From an uncultured Planctomycetota bacterium (GTDB lineage: Bacteria > Planctomycetota > Planctomycetia > Isosphaerales > Isosphaeraceae), in NCBI GenBank assembly GCA_963737655.1, contig CAVTTN010000002.1, positions 2,112,001 to 2,176,000 on the forward strand: a stretch of DNA of 64,000 nt. Reading direction: 5' to 3'. Positions 60,740-64,000 of this stretch are shown one piece after another. The first letter of the stretch is position 1, and each line of letters begins with the position of its first letter. A program made the position numbers and the translations under genes. Below the pieces are notes generated by a model that did not search any database, was not told the origin of the DNA, and worked only from the letters and a program-made list of their open reading frames with translations.

Positions 60740-61060
60740 GTTTTTGGAGGAAGAGTGTAGTCAACTAACCCGAAAGTGTTGTCAACTTAAATGTTTGAAC
60801 ACTCATTGTAATTCGCGATATTTTCAAAAAAATTTCCATGATAGATATCCAAAGTCGAGCGGACCCGCACGCCATCTCGACCAGGCTTGCCCGCCCTCCC
60901 GGGCCGTTACGGATCGCGCAGTCCGCCCGATCTGCATCATGATGTTCGTGGAGTTAACAAATCATTTGAATTGTATAGTAAGTGTTCAAAACATATATAA
61001 TGTAAGCAGAATATTTTCAGATGTAAAACTCAAAATCTCGGCATAAAAAAATGGCTCATG
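60740..61060. promoter_or_regulatory. AT-rich non-coding region with repeated motifs upstream of flp
   Basis: Abrupt GC drop; agtgt(a/t)gtcaact at 60754 and 60775; atgtttgaacact (~60791) versus agtgttcaaaacat (~60981) inverted. Confidence 0.5.
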
Positions 61061-61090
61061 AGTCCGGATTGGTGGTCAGGTCGGATTTCC

Positions 61091-61211
61091 CTCGTTCCCA
61101 CGCTCGGCGTGGGAATGCCGTCTTGCACGCTCCGCGTGCCTGCGGACGCCGACAAGCGAAGACGACGCGGAGCGTCGAGGACGGCATTCCCACGCGGAGC
61201 GTGGGAACGAG
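61091..61211. repeat. REP/REPIN-like inverted element (CTCGTTCCCACGCTCCGCGTGGGAATGC type)
   Basis: ctcgttcccacgctcggcgtgggaatgccgtc ... gacggcattcccacgcggagcgtgggaacgag, with inner acgctccgcgt / acgcggagcgt. Confidence 0.85.
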
Positions 61212-61550
61212 TCGTTGAGCAAGCACCAATCCGGGATCATGGTCCAAAGGCTTTAATTATTGAATTGTGATTTCGCCGGTTTTCTGAAGATTCGACGATG
61301 CGTCCGCCGTGTCGGGGCCGGGCGATTCGGTCCAGAGCGATCTTTGTTGTGCAATTGAGCATTTCTGGGTGCCAATGGTCGGACTCGGCCCGTGCGTTCA
61401 GGGGCGAGCGAGGCATCGGCTTGTGGTACGATGTCCGCCGGTGATCGGCGGCCGGGGCCGCGGAGCCTGTGTGCCAGGCGGCAGGAGGCCCATCATGAGA
61501 TGCCCGCGTTACCTCTGGCTCCTGCCGATGATCGGTTGAGCGCGTCGAAT

Positions 61551-61600
61551 CGCGGCCCTTGTGGGGTCCGCTATTATTTGCGGACCCCACAAGAGCCGCG
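61551..61600 (-). terminator. Strong hairpin (terminator/REP-like) after DUF1080 gene
   Basis: cgcggcccttgtggggtccgc-tattattt-gcggaccccacaagagccgcg, 21-bp stem with one mismatch. Confidence 0.6.
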
Positions 61601-61609
61601 ACCGGCGGC

Positions 61610-62227
61610 TCAGTCGAGCGGCTTGATGCTGATGTCCTTGAAGTGGACTTCCATCGGCGGTCCGGCGTGGGTCTGGAGGGCGATGATGCCCGTCTTGTCG
61701 AACTTCGGGTCGGTCCGGTCGATGACCTTCGTGCCGTTGATCTCGATGGTCACGTGGTCCCCCTTGGCGGTGATCACGAAGTCGTTCCAGTCTCCCGAGC
61801 GGGCCAGGGCCTTGGCCTTGGCCTCGTCGTAGCGCTCGAGGATGCCTCGGCGGTTCTCCTCGTAGAAGAGGCCCCAGTATCCTTCGGCGGCGTCGGCCTG
61901 GGGGCCGTTGACCTTGCCGTTGGGCTCGCGCTCGCTGCGGAACTGGATGCCCGAGTTGCCGCTGAGGACCTTGACCTTCGCCTTCAGGATGAAGTCGCCG
62001 TAGGACTTCTCGGTGACGAGGAACTCGTTCTTCTTGAGCTGGCCGGCGCCGGTCTTGCCGACGATCTCGCCGTCCTTGACGGAGAAGATCCCCTTGTCGT
62101 CGGGCTGGACCCATCCGGAGAGGTCCTTGCCGTTGAACAGGGGGGTGAAGCCGTCGTCGGCCGCTCGGGCGGCCAGGGGCGCGGCGATCAGGGCGAGGGC
62201 GGCCAGTCGCGAGGCGATCCGAATCAT
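61610..62227 (-). CDS. DUF1080 (3-keto-disaccharide hydrolase-like) secreted protein
   Basis: FTPLFNGKDLSGW; YGDFILK; GNSGIQFR; GDWN; GIIALQTH; VHFKDISIK. Confidence 0.93.
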   Translation of the reverse strand: MIRIASRLAALALIAAPLAARAADDGFTPLFNGKDLSGWVQPDDKGIFSVKDGEIVGKTGAGQLKKNEFLVTEKSYGDFILKAKVKVLSGNSGIQFRSEREPNGKVNGPQADAAEGYWGLFYEENRRGILERYDEAKAKALARSGDWNDFVITAKGDHVTIEINGTKVIDRTDPKFDKTGIIALQTHAGPPMEVHFKDISIKPLD

Positions 62228-62335
62228 GAGGTCGTTCTCCGGGAGGGGTCGAGGCGCGGTCTCGGCCTCGCGGGGCGATTGTGCCCGGCGCCGGAGGCGG
62301 GGTCAATCGGCTGGCTCGGCCCCCGGGAACGCGAA

Positions 62336-62363
62336 GAGCGGGCGGCCCGGGGGCCGTCCGCTC
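62336..62363 (-). terminator. Hairpin after PEP-CTERM gene
   Basis: gagcgggcggccc-gg-gggccgtccgctc, followed on the minus strand by TTCGCGTT. Confidence 0.4.
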
Positions 62364-62396
62364 TGGTGAGTCGTGGAGGAAGGGGACCGGAACGGC

Positions 62397-63443
62397 TCAG
62401 GCGGCCTTGCGGGCGGTCCTGCGGCGGACGGCCCCGGCGATCCCGGCGACCGAGGCCCAGAGGGCGATCGTGGTCGGCTCGGGGACGGGCGTCCCGGTCA
62501 TCATCTCGGCCCCCATGTCCGGGTCGATCGCCTCGGCCCCGAGGCTGGCCGAGGCCGCCCCTCCGCCCCGGAGGAACTTGGTCATCTCGTCCACCGACGC
62601 CTTGGAGAACACGGTGTTGGGGTTGATCAGGACGCTCCAGGGGGAGGAGGCGGAGTCGAGGTACTGGCCGGTGGTGTCGTGGTGCTCGCCGCCGAAGCTG
62701 TGCATGAGCTCGTGGGAGATGTTGTGGGCGACGGCCCATTCCAGGTCGGTGGGATTGTCGGCGTAGCCGAGCTTGTCGATGAAGCTGAAGCCGTTGTGGC
62801 CGACGTCGGTGATGCCGATGGCGTCGGGGTTGCCGGCGTAGGAGGTGTGCGAGACCACGCTGACCGTGTGGGCGGCGCCGGCGTTGGGGTCGGTGGTCAG
62901 GGTGATCGGGATGTTGCTGGCGGAGAAGGTGTGGGCGACGTCGGCCAGCACCGCCTTGGAGAAGTCGTTGATGTCCTGGGCCGTCGGGACGTGGCCGAAC
63001 GCCTTCTCGGCCGACGGGCTGTTGTACCAGGCCTGGGCGGAGCCGGTGGTCAACATCCCGTCCTCGGGATAGGGTCCGGCTCCGAGGTTCACGAAGGCGT
63101 CGGGCGTGGTGGCCGGGGTGATCGTCGGGGCGGTGTAGGCCGCCGGGGGCGTGTAGGAGGCCGGGGGCGTGTAGGAGGCCGGGGCCGGGGCGATCGCGGC
63201 GGCGGGGATGGTGGTCGTCGCCGCAGGGGCCGAGGAGATCACGGCCGTCGGGGCATAGCCGGAGAACAGGCCGGCGCCGGAGGGGCCCGTGGTCGATCCG
63301 CCGTTGGCCGAGGGATAGCCCGCGGCGACGATCGTCCCGCCCGAGAGGCCGAAAACAGGAGCCGAGTCGTTCGCTCGGGCCGCCAGGGCCCCGGTCGCGA
63401 CGATCAGGACGCCCACAACGAAGCTCTTCGCCGCGGCCATCAC
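62397..63443 (-). CDS. PEP-CTERM sorting-domain protein with HExxH motif
   Basis: Signal peptide; P/A/T/Y repeats (ASYTPP); AHNISHELMHSFG; C-terminal VPEP-TM-RRR. Confidence 0.88.
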   Translation of the reverse strand: MMAAAKSFVVGVLIVATGALAARANDSAPVFGLSGGTIVAAGYPSANGGSTTGPSGAGLFSGYAPTAVISSAPAATTTIPAAAIAPAPASYTPPASYTPPAAYTAPTITPATTPDAFVNLGAGPYPEDGMLTTGSAQAWYNSPSAEKAFGHVPTAQDINDFSKAVLADVAHTFSASNIPITLTTDPNAGAAHTVSVVSHTSYAGNPDAIGITDVGHNGFSFIDKLGYADNPTDLEWAVAHNISHELMHSFGGEHHDTTGQYLDSASSPWSVLINPNTVFSKASVDEMTKFLRGGGAASASLGAEAIDPDMGAEMMTGTPVPEPTTIALWASVAGIAGAVRRRTARKAA

Positions 63444-63617
63444 GAACCTCCTGTTCGTTGCCGGTCCCGGTCCGCCGTCCTGACGGACCCACCGAATCCC
63501 TCGCTCCTCGGCCCCAGCCCACGACCGTCCGCCGGGCTTCCCCGGGCGATTCGGCCGATCGGCTTCGATTTCAGGCGGAATGAGGCGGGCGGGTTTCGGT
63601 TTACGGCTCTGAGAAAA

Positions 63618-63633
63618 AGCAAAGTCGGTGCCA
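63618..63633 (-). promoter_or_regulatory. sigma54 (-24/-12) promoter
   Basis: Minus-strand TGGCAC-CGACT-TTGCT with exact consensus spacing, ~175 nt upstream of the PEP-CTERM gene. Confidence 0.75.
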
Positions 63634-64000
63634 CAAGCGGGGCGGAATGTGAAAGAACCGAGAACTTTCGTCGTTACTTGGAGTCGAGTAAGGATTTACG
63701 ATGGTCTCGCCCGTCGCGGAGGCATCGCCCGGATCGCCCCGGATCGTGGGAAATTCTTCCGACCCGGGCGGTTGTTACAAAGTTCCGGGAAAAACCGACA
63801 TCGGACGGGTCGAGCCCGGCCGGGGCCCTCGGCGGCCGGCCCCGAAGACTTGAACGGAAACTGGCATTTGCGTTGCGAGTCCCGGTTTGCGTAGATATAG
63901 TGCAACCCCGTCACTCGCGGCGATCGGGCGCCAGGGCGGGCCGTCCTCGGGGACGCGCCCGCCATCGGACTCTTGTCCATCTTCGTGAAGACCCTGGCGC

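Noticed and set aside
60740..61060. Replication origin
   Set aside because: AT-rich, but no TTATCCACA-type DnaA boxes seen and no dnaA/rep/par genes nearby.
60072..61590. ORFs of 63-201 aa in the flp-DUF1080 interval
   Set aside because: Atypical codon usage, overlap with repeats and AT-rich DNA, no motifs; treated as non-coding.

Overview
High-GC window, most likely from a planctomycete (Isosphaeraceae-like). That assignment is inferred from the DUF1501, DUF1549/DUF1553, DUF1080, PVC-type CxxCH protein and PEP-CTERM content. Main blocks: (1) 1-2383, DUF1501 plus a multi-EF-hand protein; (2) 2514-3154, a small gene paired with a decayed retropepsin-like protease; (3) 3256-23607, a 12-gene, ~20 kb minus-strand envelope operon built around a MoxR AAA+ ATPase and three vWA/MIDAS proteins, with a Tat-exported alpha/alpha-barrel, SIMPL, TPR/PQQ propeller, three coiled-coil proteins, an NPCBM protein and an STN-like/HEAT protein (best candidate for an uncharacterised system); (4) 24015-46336, mixed metabolic, housekeeping and signalling genes; (5) 46532-59879, a complete Tad/Flp pilus locus split into two convergent arms, with extra unknown genes; (6) an AT-rich regulatory stretch, DUF1080 and a sigma54-preceded PEP-CTERM HExxH protein. 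Several families of REP-like palindromes and one 263-bp nested hairpin lie in intergenic spaces. Two small membrane ORFs missing from the ORF track were found by hand. Seven single-base frameshifts in short runs probably reflect long-read assembly errors. No rRNA, tRNA, CRISPR array or transposase was recognised. All family names come from motif recognition, not from database searches.
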